A model generated the notes under the pieces. The model saw only the letters and a program-made list of their open reading frames with translations. It had not been told where the DNA came from and searched no databases. DNA of 64,000 bases from Terriglobia bacterium (GTDB lineage Bacteria; Acidobacteriota; Terriglobia; 20CM-2-55-15): positions 192,001 to 256,000 of the forward strand of contig CBDCLE010000024.1 of assembly GCA_965218585.1 (NCBI GenBank), given 5' to 3'. The translations under genes were made by a program, and so were the position numbers. The number at the start of each line of letters is the position of its first letter. Positions within the stretch are counted from its first letter, which is position 1. Positions 32,358 to 42,030 of this stretch are shown one piece after another.

Positions 32358-32743
32358 GCGAGATCAACACTGAGGCCGCGCGCCAGGCCATGGAAGCCGT
32401 TCCTAGTATTCCGCGCGACCGAGACGGGCCCCTCTTCAGGGAACCGTGGGAAGCGCAGTCCTTCGCCATCACCCTGGGACTTTACGATCAGGGCCTGTTC
32501 TCCTGGAAAGAGTGGACGGCGGCGCTTGTCGTGGAGATCAAACGCGCACAGGAAGCGGGCGATCCCGACACAGGCGAAACCTATTATCTGCATTGGCTCG
32601 CCGCCCTGGAATGGATCGTTCGGGAAAAGGGCGTGGCAGACGATGCTACGCTTGGCCGGTATCGCGATGCGTGGCGTCGGGCCGCAGACCGAACGCCGCA
32701 TGGTCAGCCAATCCTTCTTGATTCCAAGGATATCGAGGCCTAG
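32354..32743 (+). CDS. Nitrile hydratase accessory protein (P14K-like)
   Basis: FREPWEAQSFA, YYLHWLAALE, TPHGQPI. Confidence 0.93.
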   Translation: MSEINTEAARQAMEAVPSIPRDRDGPLFREPWEAQSFAITLGLYDQGLFSWKEWTAALVVEIKRAQEAGDPDTGETYYLHWLAALEWIVREKGVADDATLGRYRDAWRRAADRTPHGQPILLDSKDIEA

Positions 32744-32880
32744 GAGTCTGCGCGGCAGAACGTTTTTACGCCATTAGGCCCACAGTATGTTGTGGGTATA
32801 CAGCGCTTAGCGTCGATATGTAGTGCCACCTTTCTTCCGTCGCGCAGACTCCTAGGCACTCATATCTCAAGATTTGACCT

Positions 32881-32921
32881 TTTTCTTGCCTATAACTGCA
32901 ATCTGTACTTAGATTTACTCA
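32881..32921 (+). promoter_or_regulatory. Promoter-like block of the junction element
   Basis: TTGCCT-N18-TAGATT; homologous to 21648-21685. Confidence 0.6.
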
Positions 32922-32994
32922 GATTGGGGGGGGACGGCGCTTCAGCAGAAGGTTTCAAGGGGAGCGGAGCGTTTCTGTGGGACGACCAAGGAGA

Positions 32995-33999
32995 ATGAAG
33001 ATGCGATTGGTGAGGGTTATCGGATTGGTGGATCTGTCCGTTTTCATCGTGCTGGCAATCGGGCTGACCACCCCGCTCTGGGCCCAGGGCCCTATCGACG
33101 AGGCGACCGGCGACCACTGCCGGGAGGAACGCGGTGAGGCCGCTTGTTCTTTCGCGGCAATTGATTTTTCGGGAGAGTGGATCGACAACTCGTTTGAGGA
33201 AGACGATCGAGGAGGACCGCTGACCGCAGGTCGGAGTCGATCGGACGGACTGCAACCCGACGCGATGCTCGGCAACTACCTCGGCATTCCGTACAACGAC
33301 GCCGGACGACAGAAGGGCGCCGCTTTCGACCTGGCCATTTATTCCCATCCGGCCTGGATGTTCAGACCGCATCCGGTCCAGTATTCCATGCGCGGAGTCA
33401 TCCGCAACTGGAGAATGAGCAAAGAAATCCATCCGCAGACAGGAAATCTGGTGGCATACAGAATCACGGGAGGGTACAACCTGGACCGGATCATCTGGAT
33501 GGACGGCCGTCGGCATCCACCCGACTATGTGGAACACACCTACGATGGCTTTTCGACGGGCCTGTTCGAACGCAACATGCTGGTCGTGACGACCACGCAC
33601 ATGAAGCATGGATACCTCAGGCGGAATGGCGCACCGGCGAGCGACCAGGCTACGATGACGGAGTACTTCATCCGCCACGGCGACCAACTGACGATCGTCC
33701 AGTTCACGGACGATCCGGTTTACCTGGAAGAACCTCACATCCGCACCGGAGATCATGTTCTGTCCCAGAACCGTCATGCTGGAAGTGTCGCTGCGCGTCG
33801 AAACGTTTGGAACACCGCCGAAGAGGTCGAGTGGGACGACGGCTACCTCCCGCATCATCCGCTCGGTACGAGCCACACACAGATTTCGGATTTCCTCGGC
33901 ATTCCTTTTTTGACGACTCAAGGGGGCAGCGAAACGCTCTATCCTGAATACCGGGAGAAGTTGAAGCAGTTGATGAGTGAATCCGAAGCCGCCCGATGA
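32995..33999 (+). CDS. Hypothetical secreted protein
   Basis: RBS aggag, signal peptide, DFSGEW, RIIWMDGRRHP. Confidence 0.8.
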   Translation: MKMRLVRVIGLVDLSVFIVLAIGLTTPLWAQGPIDEATGDHCREERGEAACSFAAIDFSGEWIDNSFEEDDRGGPLTAGRSRSDGLQPDAMLGNYLGIPYNDAGRQKGAAFDLAIYSHPAWMFRPHPVQYSMRGVIRNWRMSKEIHPQTGNLVAYRITGGYNLDRIIWMDGRRHPPDYVEHTYDGFSTGLFERNMLVVTTTHMKHGYLRRNGAPASDQATMTEYFIRHGDQLTIVQFTDDPVYLEEPHIRTGDHVLSQNRHAGSVAARRNVWNTAEEVEWDDGYLPHHPLGTSHTQISDFLGIPFLTTQGGSETLYPEYREKLKQLMSESEAAR

Positions 34000-34026
34000 A
34001 TCCCCTTGCCGGGAGTTGAAAACTGG
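33999..34026 (+). repeat. Junction half-core copy
   Basis: aatccccttgccgggagttgaaaactgg vs aatcatcttgtcggacgttgagcattgg. Confidence 0.55.
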
Positions 34027-34114
34027 GGGGACCCTTCCGAAGAACGGACGTCTCGATTGCTTCTGACCATTCTTGTCAAGTATTGTCTACCGAACCCTTT
34101 CACTGGAGGAACGC

Positions 34115-35041
34115 ATGTCGTCTGAACAAGAACCTGTCTGGGATGGTAATAAGGTCGAACTTCGGTCAGAGAAGCTGGATGATGGCGTTTTTGCCTATTA
34201 CCCGAGTGACGCGAAAGAGTTGGAGAGTCAGGGGCGACCCGTGGCCACCAGCGGAGGCTTCGTCGTCGGCGAAAAGGGCGTCCTGATCATCGACACGATG
34301 CTCAATAAGCGCCTGAACATGCAGGTACAGGCCCTGGTGTCAAAGGAGACGGACAAACCGATCGCTTTTGCCCTCAACACGAGCTTTCACGGGGACCACT
34401 CTTACGGGAACATGTACCTACCTGACGAAACGGTCATCATTCAGCACGCCAACACCAAAAAATACGTCGATGCCCACTTCGAAGAGGATACAGAATTCAT
34501 GATCCAGAATCTGGGTCAGGGCCGCGGTATCGAAGAGATTGTGCCGAAGACTGGCGACATTCTGGTTTCCGAAGGTGGGCGGCTCGAGGTGGATCTCGGT
34601 GGCCGGTCTGTGGAGATCATCGACTTCGGCTTCGCCCAAACGGGTGGAGACCTCTTTGTCTGGGAGTCTGCGGCCAAGGTGTTGTGGACAGGTAACCCTG
34701 TGATAACGATCAAGCCATCACTGCCCTGGCTTCTGGACGGCCATCTGGTTGAAACCCTGGATACGCTCGAACGAGTCTACGACTTTCTACCGAAAGACGC
34801 TCGCGTGGTTCCGGGCCATGGGTCAGTCATGGTACCCGAAGATATTCGTTGGCACATTGACTATCTCGAAACTGTCAAGAGACAAGTGCAGGAAGCTGTC
34901 GATGGCGGCCTGACGCTAGAGCAAACCGTCGATAAAGTGAAAATGCCCGAGTTCGAAGGTTATGCCTTGTTTGGCTGGGTTCATCCGGCCTTGAACGTGT
35001 CGGCAGCTTACAGAGACCTCAGTGGCCAGGCGGACAGCTGA
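34115..35041 (+). CDS. MBL-fold metallohydrolase
   Basis: NTSFHGDHSYGN, VPGHG; RBS ggagg. Confidence 0.88.
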   Translation: MSSEQEPVWDGNKVELRSEKLDDGVFAYYPSDAKELESQGRPVATSGGFVVGEKGVLIIDTMLNKRLNMQVQALVSKETDKPIAFALNTSFHGDHSYGNMYLPDETVIIQHANTKKYVDAHFEEDTEFMIQNLGQGRGIEEIVPKTGDILVSEGGRLEVDLGGRSVEIIDFGFAQTGGDLFVWESAAKVLWTGNPVITIKPSLPWLLDGHLVETLDTLERVYDFLPKDARVVPGHGSVMVPEDIRWHIDYLETVKRQVQEAVDGGLTLEQTVDKVKMPEFEGYALFGWVHPALNVSAAYRDLSGQADS

Positions 35042-35076
35042 AAGCCCGTCTCGGTTGTCGTACATGAAAAATGATT

Positions 35077-35115
35077 CTCGGGTTCCCGTAAATCCCCTGG
35101 TCGGAAGCTCGGAAT
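35077..35115 (+). repeat. Degenerate junction core copy
   Basis: ggttcccgtaa atcccc tggtcggaagc. Confidence 0.5.
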
Positions 35116-35261
35116 CGAACCTACCACTTTCGATCAATCGGCAATACAGCCATTAGGTCGGCCCGACGTCCAGCGTCTCTAGATAACGATGGTGACCGAT
35201 TGCCAGCTTGCAAGATGTCAATCGCACGCTTCGATCCAAGTCAATGACACAAAGGAAAGAT

Positions 35262-35627
35262 ATGACTCCCAGACCAATCAACTTCACCCAGAAGCTCTCC
35301 AAATTTGCCGAGCACTGGTCGCCGCGCGTCGTCGCGGCAATGAACGACTATCAGTTCAAACTGGTCAAGCTAAAGGGTGAGTTCATATGGCATGATCACA
35401 AAGACACTGACGAAGTCTTTATCGTCCTGAAGGGCAAGATGGAGATCGGATTTCGCGATCGGTCTGTCGCTGTCGAAGCGGGAGAAATGTTTGTAGTGCC
35501 GAAGGGAGTGGAACACATCACCCGAGCCACGAGCGAATGCCACGCGCTCATCGTGGAGCCACAAGGTGTCGTAAACACAGGAGAAGCTGGGGGTGCCTTA
35601 ACCGCCGCGAACGACGTGTGGGTATAG
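35262..35627 (+). CDS. Cupin domain protein
   Basis: [27 protein letters not shown]. Confidence 0.92.
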   Translation: MTPRPINFTQKLSKFAEHWSPRVVAAMNDYQFKLVKLKGEFIWHDHKDTDEVFIVLKGKMEIGFRDRSVAVEAGEMFVVPKGVEHITRATSECHALIVEPQGVVNTGEAGGALTAANDVWV

Positions 35628-35834
35628 ATCCTGACCGACATATGAAACAGAAGAGCAGAGGTAGGCGATGAAAAGGGCTGTATTCACCACGAATAGCCGC
35701 GGTTGGCTTAGCAACTTTCGGGCTAAACCGCTGTTAAATCATCTGTCGCCGTCGACTAATTCCGGACCCACAGCCGTGAAAACAGTTTGTTTGTGCGATC
35801 CTACTTTCCCTCATTGACACCGGAGAGCAATAAG

Positions 35835-37280
35835 ATGGAACAGCAGAACTATATCGACGGCACCTGGGTCGGCGCAGCCGACGGGCAGACGTTCGAGCAG
35901 CGCAATCCGGCCGACCTCGAAAAGGTGACCGGGCTCTGGCCCAAGGGCACCCGCGATGACGCAAAAAAGGCGATCGAATCCGCGCACGCGGCTTTCCCCG
36001 AATGGTCCGGGATCGGGGTCTACAAGCGTGCGGAGTATCTGTCGCGGGCGGTCGCGGTGCTGAAGGGCAGGATTGAAGAGGTCGCGGCAACGCTGACCCA
36101 GGAAAACGGCAAGACCCTGGCCGAGTCGCGGGCCGAGGTGGGGTCGGCGGTGCGCGAGATGGAGTATCAGATCGCGCAGGGGGTGTCGATGTGCGGCGAG
36201 ACCGTGCCCTCGGCCGAGCCCGGGGTCTTCGCCTATAGTGTGCGGCGGCCGCTGGGGGTGGCGTCGATTATCAGCCCGTGGAATTTTCCGTTTAACGTGC
36301 CGGGCCGCAAGTGCACACCGGCGCTGATTAGTGGCAATACCATCGTCTTTAAGCCCGCGAGCCTGACGCCGGGTGCGGGCAAAGCCTTTGTCGATGTATT
36401 TGTCGAAGCTGGCTTGCCGCCGGGGGTCCTGAATTTCGTCTGTGGCGGGGGGAGTACGGTCGGGGACGAGATGATCGCGAATCCGCTGGTGGAGTCGGTG
36501 TCCTTTACGGGATCGACGGGCGTCGGCAGGGGCATCCAGCAGAGCGTGGCCCAGACGCTAATCCGCACCCAACTGGAAATGGGCGGCAAGAATCCGGTGG
36601 TGGTCTTAGAAGACGCCGACCTTGACAAGGCGGCGGATGCGGTGGCCACGGCGGCCTATGCCTGTGCCGGGCAGTGGTGCACGTCGACGAGCCGGGCGAT
36701 CGTGGTCGAGGAGGTGGCGGAGGTCTTTACCGAGAAGGTGTTGGAGCGGGTGCGGGCGATCCGGGTGGGGGAGGGTCGCGGGGATGTCGATATGGGGCCG
36801 GTGTGCGGCTCGGACCAGCTGGAGACGATTATGGGATATATCGAAATCGGGCAGGGTGAAGGGGCCGAACTGGTCGAGGGCGGACAGCGGCTGACCGACA
36901 ATGGCCTGGGCCAGGGGTGTTTTATCGCGCCGACGGTTTTCGCCGGAGTCAAACCGGAGATGCGGATCGCGCAGGAGGAGATCTTCGGACCGGTGTTGAG
37001 CGTGATGGCGGCGCGGGATTTTGGCGAGGCGCTCGAGATGGCCAACCATGTGGAATTTGGGCTGTCGTCGTCGATTTTTACCAAAGACATTTCGCGCGCG
37101 TTTCAGTTTCTGGACCAGACCGAGGTGGGATTGACGCACGTGAACATGATGACGGCCTATCGTGAGCCGCAGTTGTCCTTTGGCGGAGTGAAGTCATCGG
37201 GGCACGGGATCCCCGAGTCGGGCAAGACCGGGATCGAGTTTTTTACCGAGCACAAGGTGGCTTTTATCAAGTATCTCTGA
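35835..37280 (+). CDS. Aldehyde dehydrogenase family protein
   Basis: PWNFP, FTGSTGVG, LEMGGKNP, AGQWCT, EEIFGPV. Confidence 0.96.
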   Translation: MEQQNYIDGTWVGAADGQTFEQRNPADLEKVTGLWPKGTRDDAKKAIESAHAAFPEWSGIGVYKRAEYLSRAVAVLKGRIEEVAATLTQENGKTLAESRAEVGSAVREMEYQIAQGVSMCGETVPSAEPGVFAYSVRRPLGVASIISPWNFPFNVPGRKCTPALISGNTIVFKPASLTPGAGKAFVDVFVEAGLPPGVLNFVCGGGSTVGDEMIANPLVESVSFTGSTGVGRGIQQSVAQTLIRTQLEMGGKNPVVVLEDADLDKAADAVATAAYACAGQWCTSTSRAIVVEEVAEVFTEKVLERVRAIRVGEGRGDVDMGPVCGSDQLETIMGYIEIGQGEGAELVEGGQRLTDNGLGQGCFIAPTVFAGVKPEMRIAQEEIFGPVLSVMAARDFGEALEMANHVEFGLSSSIFTKDISRAFQFLDQTEVGLTHVNMMTAYREPQLSFGGVKSSGHGIPESGKTGIEFFTEHKVAFIKYL

Positions 37281-37468
37281 CGGTTGTTGCGGAAACGTTG
37301 GATGAACATTCCATCCGGATAGCAGATGGTTTCGACCGCCGAAGAGCGGCGATCCCGCTTTATTCTGTTGACTGTTCCATGCCACCGCAGTACATAGCAC
37401 CCAACGTTCTCAGACGATTCGAAACATTCACCACAAAGGGAGGCACAAAGCCTTTCGAGGGGGTTCTT

Positions 37469-37963
37469 ATGCGCAGTTTTGTTGCTGTCGGTCTGTTGGT
37501 GGTCATGTGGGCGTTCGTCCCTCGAGCCGGAGCTCAGTCTGGCACGCATCCGATAATCGGGAACTGGGTGCAATCCATGGTCGATGCGCCGCAGACAGCA
37601 GTGCACACTTATGCAGTACGTGAGGATGGGTTCATGGTCTGGAATCGCGCCACTGTCAGCGCTCAAGGGGTTGCTGGATTTATCCAGGTGGTTCTCAAGT
37701 CGGACGGTGCCGACTATCCCATCTACCAGAATGCCACCTTAGCTAATATGTCGGCGACTGGAACGCCCATCACTTTCACGGGTTCATTCACGCTCACCAA
37801 TGATGCTCTTGAGATGGTGACTAAGAACAGCGGAGAACCGGACGGAACAATCCGAACCTGGACAGTTTCCAGTGACGGCCAGACTTTGACGCAGATTGCC
37901 AGAAGCACAAACGACCAAGGCGAGACTACTGAGGCTGAAACCATCTACAAGAGGGCGCAGTAG
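37469..37963 (+). CDS. Hypothetical secreted beta-rich protein
   Basis: Signal peptide, IIGNW, VSSDGQTLT. Confidence 0.75.
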   Translation: MRSFVAVGLLVVMWAFVPRAGAQSGTHPIIGNWVQSMVDAPQTAVHTYAVREDGFMVWNRATVSAQGVAGFIQVVLKSDGADYPIYQNATLANMSATGTPITFTGSFTLTNDALEMVTKNSGEPDGTIRTWTVSSDGQTLTQIARSTNDQGETTEAETIYKRAQ

Positions 37964-38050
37964 CGGGAGCCCAGCGAGGGGAAACAACCGAGCCGGTCGC
38001 CTCACGCTGGCCTTAATGATTGAAGGTTGCCTGCGAGATTGTTGAAGAGC

Positions 38051-38449
38051 CTAACCGACCTGATAGGTGCCGGCAGAGAAGTTCAGCTTCACGTTGACTG
38101 TGCCTTCGTTGACCAGCCATGGACGGACTGTAAACTTGCGCGCGCCGCCCGAGTGCATTGGATCGTTCTCAGCAACCTGACGTGCTCGGGCCAGGTTCCC
38201 TGCCCGTAGGACGATCATGCCATCGCCTTTCCAGGTTTCTTCATCGTCCTCCCAGTGCGGACCGGCACCAACGTAGACACCCGTCCGTTCCATTTCCTGC
38301 TGGTAGGCGAGATGTGCCTCGAGGTTGGCCATAACGGGTCCCATTCCGCCGGTCGGCGTCGTATGAATGACGTACAGCTGCAATTGCAGCATGTTCTGGG
38401 TGGCTTCAAGGATCTCGGCACGTGTGATCTGCGGCTCGTCAGCACTCAT
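38051..38449 (-). CDS. YciI family protein
   Basis: LEAHLAYQ, GAGP, DPMH. Confidence 0.88.
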   Translation of the reverse strand: MSADEPQITRAEILEATQNMLQLQLYVIHTTPTGGMGPVMANLEAHLAYQQEMERTGVYVGAGPHWEDDEETWKGDGMIVLRAGNLARARQVAENDPMHSGGARKFTVRPWLVNEGTVNVKLNFSAGTYQVG

Positions 38450-38593
38450 GGGAGCGACTCCTTAACGAAATAATTTGGAAACGAGTAGTTTCGGACCTCG
38501 CCCAGATCCGCACGGTAGAATGCGGCGTGAACGTGGTAACGTTCACGCCGTGTGGACCTACAAGATTAGATTTCGCTCGATGATGCGATGTCT

Positions 38594-39208
38594 CTAGCCG
38601 GGTGCTCCCGCGTTGTGCGCGCCCACAAGCCACGCCGCGCCTTCGGCGTACAGCCGTTCGACTTCCGGACCTTTCAATCCCGGCATTCGCTCCTTCACCT
38701 TGTGGCCAACCTGCGTCTGCAGGTAGGCAAGGTGCTTGTAACCTTCGGGAAAGCGATTGAGCACCGCCGGGTCGAGCTTCAGACTGGCACCCGGTTCGAC
38801 CGGATCGATGCGGTCCTTCTCGTAGATGGCCTGACGCCGCACCAGTCCCCACTTCCCGGCTCTTTTCTCGAAGAAGTCGTAGAACCGGCCGGTACAGACG
38901 ACGTCACACAAGACATCATGCACAGGTGCGCGCTGACTGATGGTCATCTTAGTCTGTGCAATTGCGCGGTCGCCGGCGATATCCGAGGTGTGCGCGCCAT
39001 GAGAGTGAATGATGCTGACACCCTTCTCCCACCCCTCACGCCGGGCCTTCGTGAAATCCATTGCCGATGCCTGAAACCAGGTCGCCGTCATCCAGCCGTC
39101 CTCATGCCACAGTTGGGCGAAGCGTTGCCAGTCACCGCTGTCACTGTAGATGATCCACTTATCGACGATTTCACGAATCGCATCGGCGTCAGCTCTATTG
39201 TCCTGCAT
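38594..39208 (-). CDS. SnoaL/NTF2-like protein
   Basis: DSGDWQRF, GRFYDFFEKR; RBS ggagg. Confidence 0.85.
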   Translation of the reverse strand: MQDNRADADAIREIVDKWIIYSDSGDWQRFAQLWHEDGWMTATWFQASAMDFTKARREGWEKGVSIIHSHGAHTSDIAGDRAIAQTKMTISQRAPVHDVLCDVVCTGRFYDFFEKRAGKWGLVRRQAIYEKDRIDPVEPGASLKLDPAVLNRFPEGYKHLAYLQTQVGHKVKERMPGLKGPEVERLYAEGAAWLVGAHNAGAPG

Positions 39209-39397
39209 CTGACTCCCTCCTCTGTGGCTGGTCTTGGGCGCTTCGTCAAATACGAAGCCTGGCAAGTATAGCTCGCCGAAACAACGAAACCCTGACAGCG
39301 GGCGCACTTCTAGTCGCCGAACAGATCAGACAGTACTCGAAAATGATCTTGTCGGAAATCGGGAGTTGAACCGAGTGTAGTTCGCGTGGGAAAGAAC

Positions 39398-40003
39398 CTA
39401 AAATTCCGACTGTTGCAGAGCGAGGTTTAGCTCCTCGGTGATGGCCAGGTCGTCGCGAATCTGATTCAGCAGATCCACATCGATGGATTCACCACCTGCA
39501 AGAACAATAATGTTGGGAACGAGGCGGCGGCTTACGTTCACCAACCGCTGTACTCTCCGTTCGAGGCTTTCTTCGGGAAGCGGAGCAACATTTATTTGAG
39601 GCGGATCGGTCCCGAAATTGACGATGTCCCGCAGTTGGTCAGTTGATTCGTCTATGTCTCTTGACCGCCGATCCAGTTCCGGCTGTGACCAATCTTCGGA
39701 AAGGGAAGCGAAATAGATTTCTTCTATCTGCAGGGCAAACTCTCGGGTCAGCCTCAAGAGGGATTCTAAACGCGACTGGAAAGCCCCATCGCGAAAGGCG
39801 GAACTCTGCTCGAGGGTTAAGGGTAGGGCGTCTTCCAGAGCTCGGAAGCCATTTCGCCTTTGCTCTTCCAGTTGACGCTCGGCGTTCTTTCTGATCTCGA
39901 ACTGCGTTCTCCGACCAGTTCTTGAGTCCTCTTGAGCATGGACAGGTATCGTGCTGATAGAGAACACAAACGCAAGGACGATGAATGTAACCGTGACTCT
40001 CAT
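39398..40003 (-). CDS. Hypothetical secreted helical protein
   Basis: Signal peptide, 201 aa. Confidence 0.75.
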   Translation of the reverse strand: MRVTVTFIVLAFVFSISTIPVHAQEDSRTGRRTQFEIRKNAERQLEEQRRNGFRALEDALPLTLEQSSAFRDGAFQSRLESLLRLTREFALQIEEIYFASLSEDWSQPELDRRSRDIDESTDQLRDIVNFGTDPPQINVAPLPEESLERRVQRLVNVSRRLVPNIIVLAGGESIDVDLLNQIRDDLAITEELNLALQQSEF

Positions 40004-40083
40004 TGCTCTAAAGACAACATAGACTTACCGACGTTGGATCGTAAAGAAGAATCGACTGGTGCCCGAAATTCGTGGTTTGACCC

Positions 40084-40203
40084 TTTCCTTGCCAATCCTT
40101 CCTCGTGTAGATAGACTTACCGGAATTTTGCCGTCCTTTTGGCGATGTACGAATACATGATATCAGGCATCAAACTCGGCCACTACAAGATCCTGTCTGC
40201 AAC
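40084..40203 (+). pseudogene. Promoter-like block + 5' stub of a Ser/Thr kinase-type gene
   Basis: TTGCCA-N17-TAGACT; ATG 40157 gives MISGIKLGHYKILSA, which breaks off before the Gly-rich loop. Confidence 0.65.
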
Positions 40204-40248
40204 CGCCACAGGGTGCAGACAGAGAATCTACCCTTCGGAGTGGCCCCG

Positions 40249-41967
40249 ATGACTGACAACCGCCTCGCCGTGAATCGCCGTCGATTCCTCAGTTGCCTTT
40301 CGGCTGCCGGGCTCGGGGGCACCCTTCTTCCGGGCGCGCTCGACGCGGTTGCGCAGGACGCCGAGACCATCACGTTCCAGATGCTGGATGCCGCCCAGGC
40401 TATAGCCGGAATCTCGTTCACGCGTGATGAGCAGGAACGGATCCTCGACCGACTCAACGGAGGCAGGAGTCCAATCCCCGCCTTCACTTTGATGAAGGAC
40501 GCCGGGCTCGGGAACGACACACAGCCTGCCTTCGTCTTCAATCCCGTCCCACCGGGCAAGGTGCTGCCCACTCGGCGGAGGCCATTGCTGCGCCAACCCC
40601 TCGATGTAGTGATGCCCGCTTCAGACGAGGAATTGGCATTCCTTCCCCTCACGCACCTCTCTCGGCTTGTCGAGACCCGACAGGTCCGGTCGATAGAGCT
40701 CACCGAACTCTATCTGGCGCGATTGAGGGAGCACGACCCGAGACTTTTCTGCGTCGTCAACCTGACTGAGGACATTGCCCGGCGTCAGGCGAGGCAGGCC
40801 GACACCGAGATCGCGGCTGGAGATTACCGGGGCCCGCTGCACGGAATCCCGTGGGGATTGAAGGACCTGCTCGCTGTGCGCGGCACAAAGACGACCTGGG
40901 GGATGACGCCGTTTCGGGATCGGGTGATCGACGTGGACGCGACGGTCTACGAGAAGCTGACCGAAGCCGGTGCGGTTCTGGTGGCGAAGCTCGCCACCGG
41001 TGCGATAGCCGTCGGGCCTCGATGGTATGGAGGACTTACACGGAACCCCTGGAACACCGAACAGGACGCGGCTGGGTCCTCGGCCGGACCGGGGTCGGCG
41101 ACGGCCGCCGGACTCGTGGGCTTCTCCATAGGGACCGACACCGGCGGGTCGGTCATCGGCCCTTCGGCCCGCAATGGCCTTACCGGTATGCGGCCCACTT
41201 TCGGAAGGGTCAGTCGATATGGGGGCATGGTGCTGGCCTGGACCCAGGATACGGTGGGTCCAATGTGCCGATCGGCAGAAGACTGCGCGCTCGTTTTCGA
41301 CGCGATCCGCGGACCCGACGGGCGGGATAACACTGTTACAGACATGCCGTTTAACTGGGACGCCATGGCGGACCCGACCCGGCTTCGTGTCGGTTACCTG
41401 CGCAGCCAGTTCGAGGGTGAGGTCGAAGACACCGGTGACGCTGAGCGCACGGCGCTTGCGCGCCAGACCCGAAGCAACAACCTGGAGGCCTTGAACCTCA
41501 TCCGGTCCCTCGGGATCGAGGTCGTCCCCTTCGACTTGCCTGATGTGCCGGTCGAGACGATCGACTTCCTGCGGTACGTCGAGACGTCCGCGGCCTTCTA
41601 TGAAATTACGATGAACGGCCAGCTCGCCGAGACCGAGCGTGGACCCGAGCAGAGCGTTCGGCCCATCGAGATCCGCGCCGGCCACTTCACGCCGGGGGTC
41701 GAATACGTCCAGGGAAACCGAATGAGGATGCGCATCATGCAACAGGTCGACGAAGCGCTGGGCGACCTGGACCTCTACCTCGGTCTCGACCTCTCGCTCA
41801 CGAACCGCACCGGGCATCCCGCCCTCAGTGTGCCGAGCGGCTTCCATCGTGGCTCGCCGACAGCGCTCCAGATGACTGGAAAGCTGTTCGGTGAAGCCGA
41901 GCTCCTGCTGCTTGCCCATGCGTTCCAGGCAAACACCGATCATCACTCGCAGCACCCCGTGCTTTAG
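40249..41967 (+). CDS. Amidase-signature family enzyme, Tat signal
   Basis: RRRFL, GLKDL, GSSAG, GTDTGGSV. Confidence 0.94.
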   Translation: MTDNRLAVNRRRFLSCLSAAGLGGTLLPGALDAVAQDAETITFQMLDAAQAIAGISFTRDEQERILDRLNGGRSPIPAFTLMKDAGLGNDTQPAFVFNPVPPGKVLPTRRRPLLRQPLDVVMPASDEELAFLPLTHLSRLVETRQVRSIELTELYLARLREHDPRLFCVVNLTEDIARRQARQADTEIAAGDYRGPLHGIPWGLKDLLAVRGTKTTWGMTPFRDRVIDVDATVYEKLTEAGAVLVAKLATGAIAVGPRWYGGLTRNPWNTEQDAAGSSAGPGSATAAGLVGFSIGTDTGGSVIGPSARNGLTGMRPTFGRVSRYGGMVLAWTQDTVGPMCRSAEDCALVFDAIRGPDGRDNTVTDMPFNWDAMADPTRLRVGYLRSQFEGEVEDTGDAERTALARQTRSNNLEALNLIRSLGIEVVPFDLPDVPVETIDFLRYVETSAAFYEITMNGQLAETERGPEQSVRPIEIRAGHFTPGVEYVQGNRMRMRIMQQVDEALGDLDLYLGLDLSLTNRTGHPALSVPSGFHRGSPTALQMTGKLFGEAELLLLAHAFQANTDHHSQHPVL

Positions 41968-42030
41968 CGTTCCTTCTTTCTGGGCTAAAGACGATCGAAT
42001 TGCGGCAGAAGGATAGAGTGGGACCCACAC

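Noticed and set aside
15600-40203. Canonical integron or CRISPR explanation of the repeats
   Set aside because: No intI or cas genes, no RYYYAAC/GTTRRRY boundaries, and the repeats are degenerate and kilobases apart.
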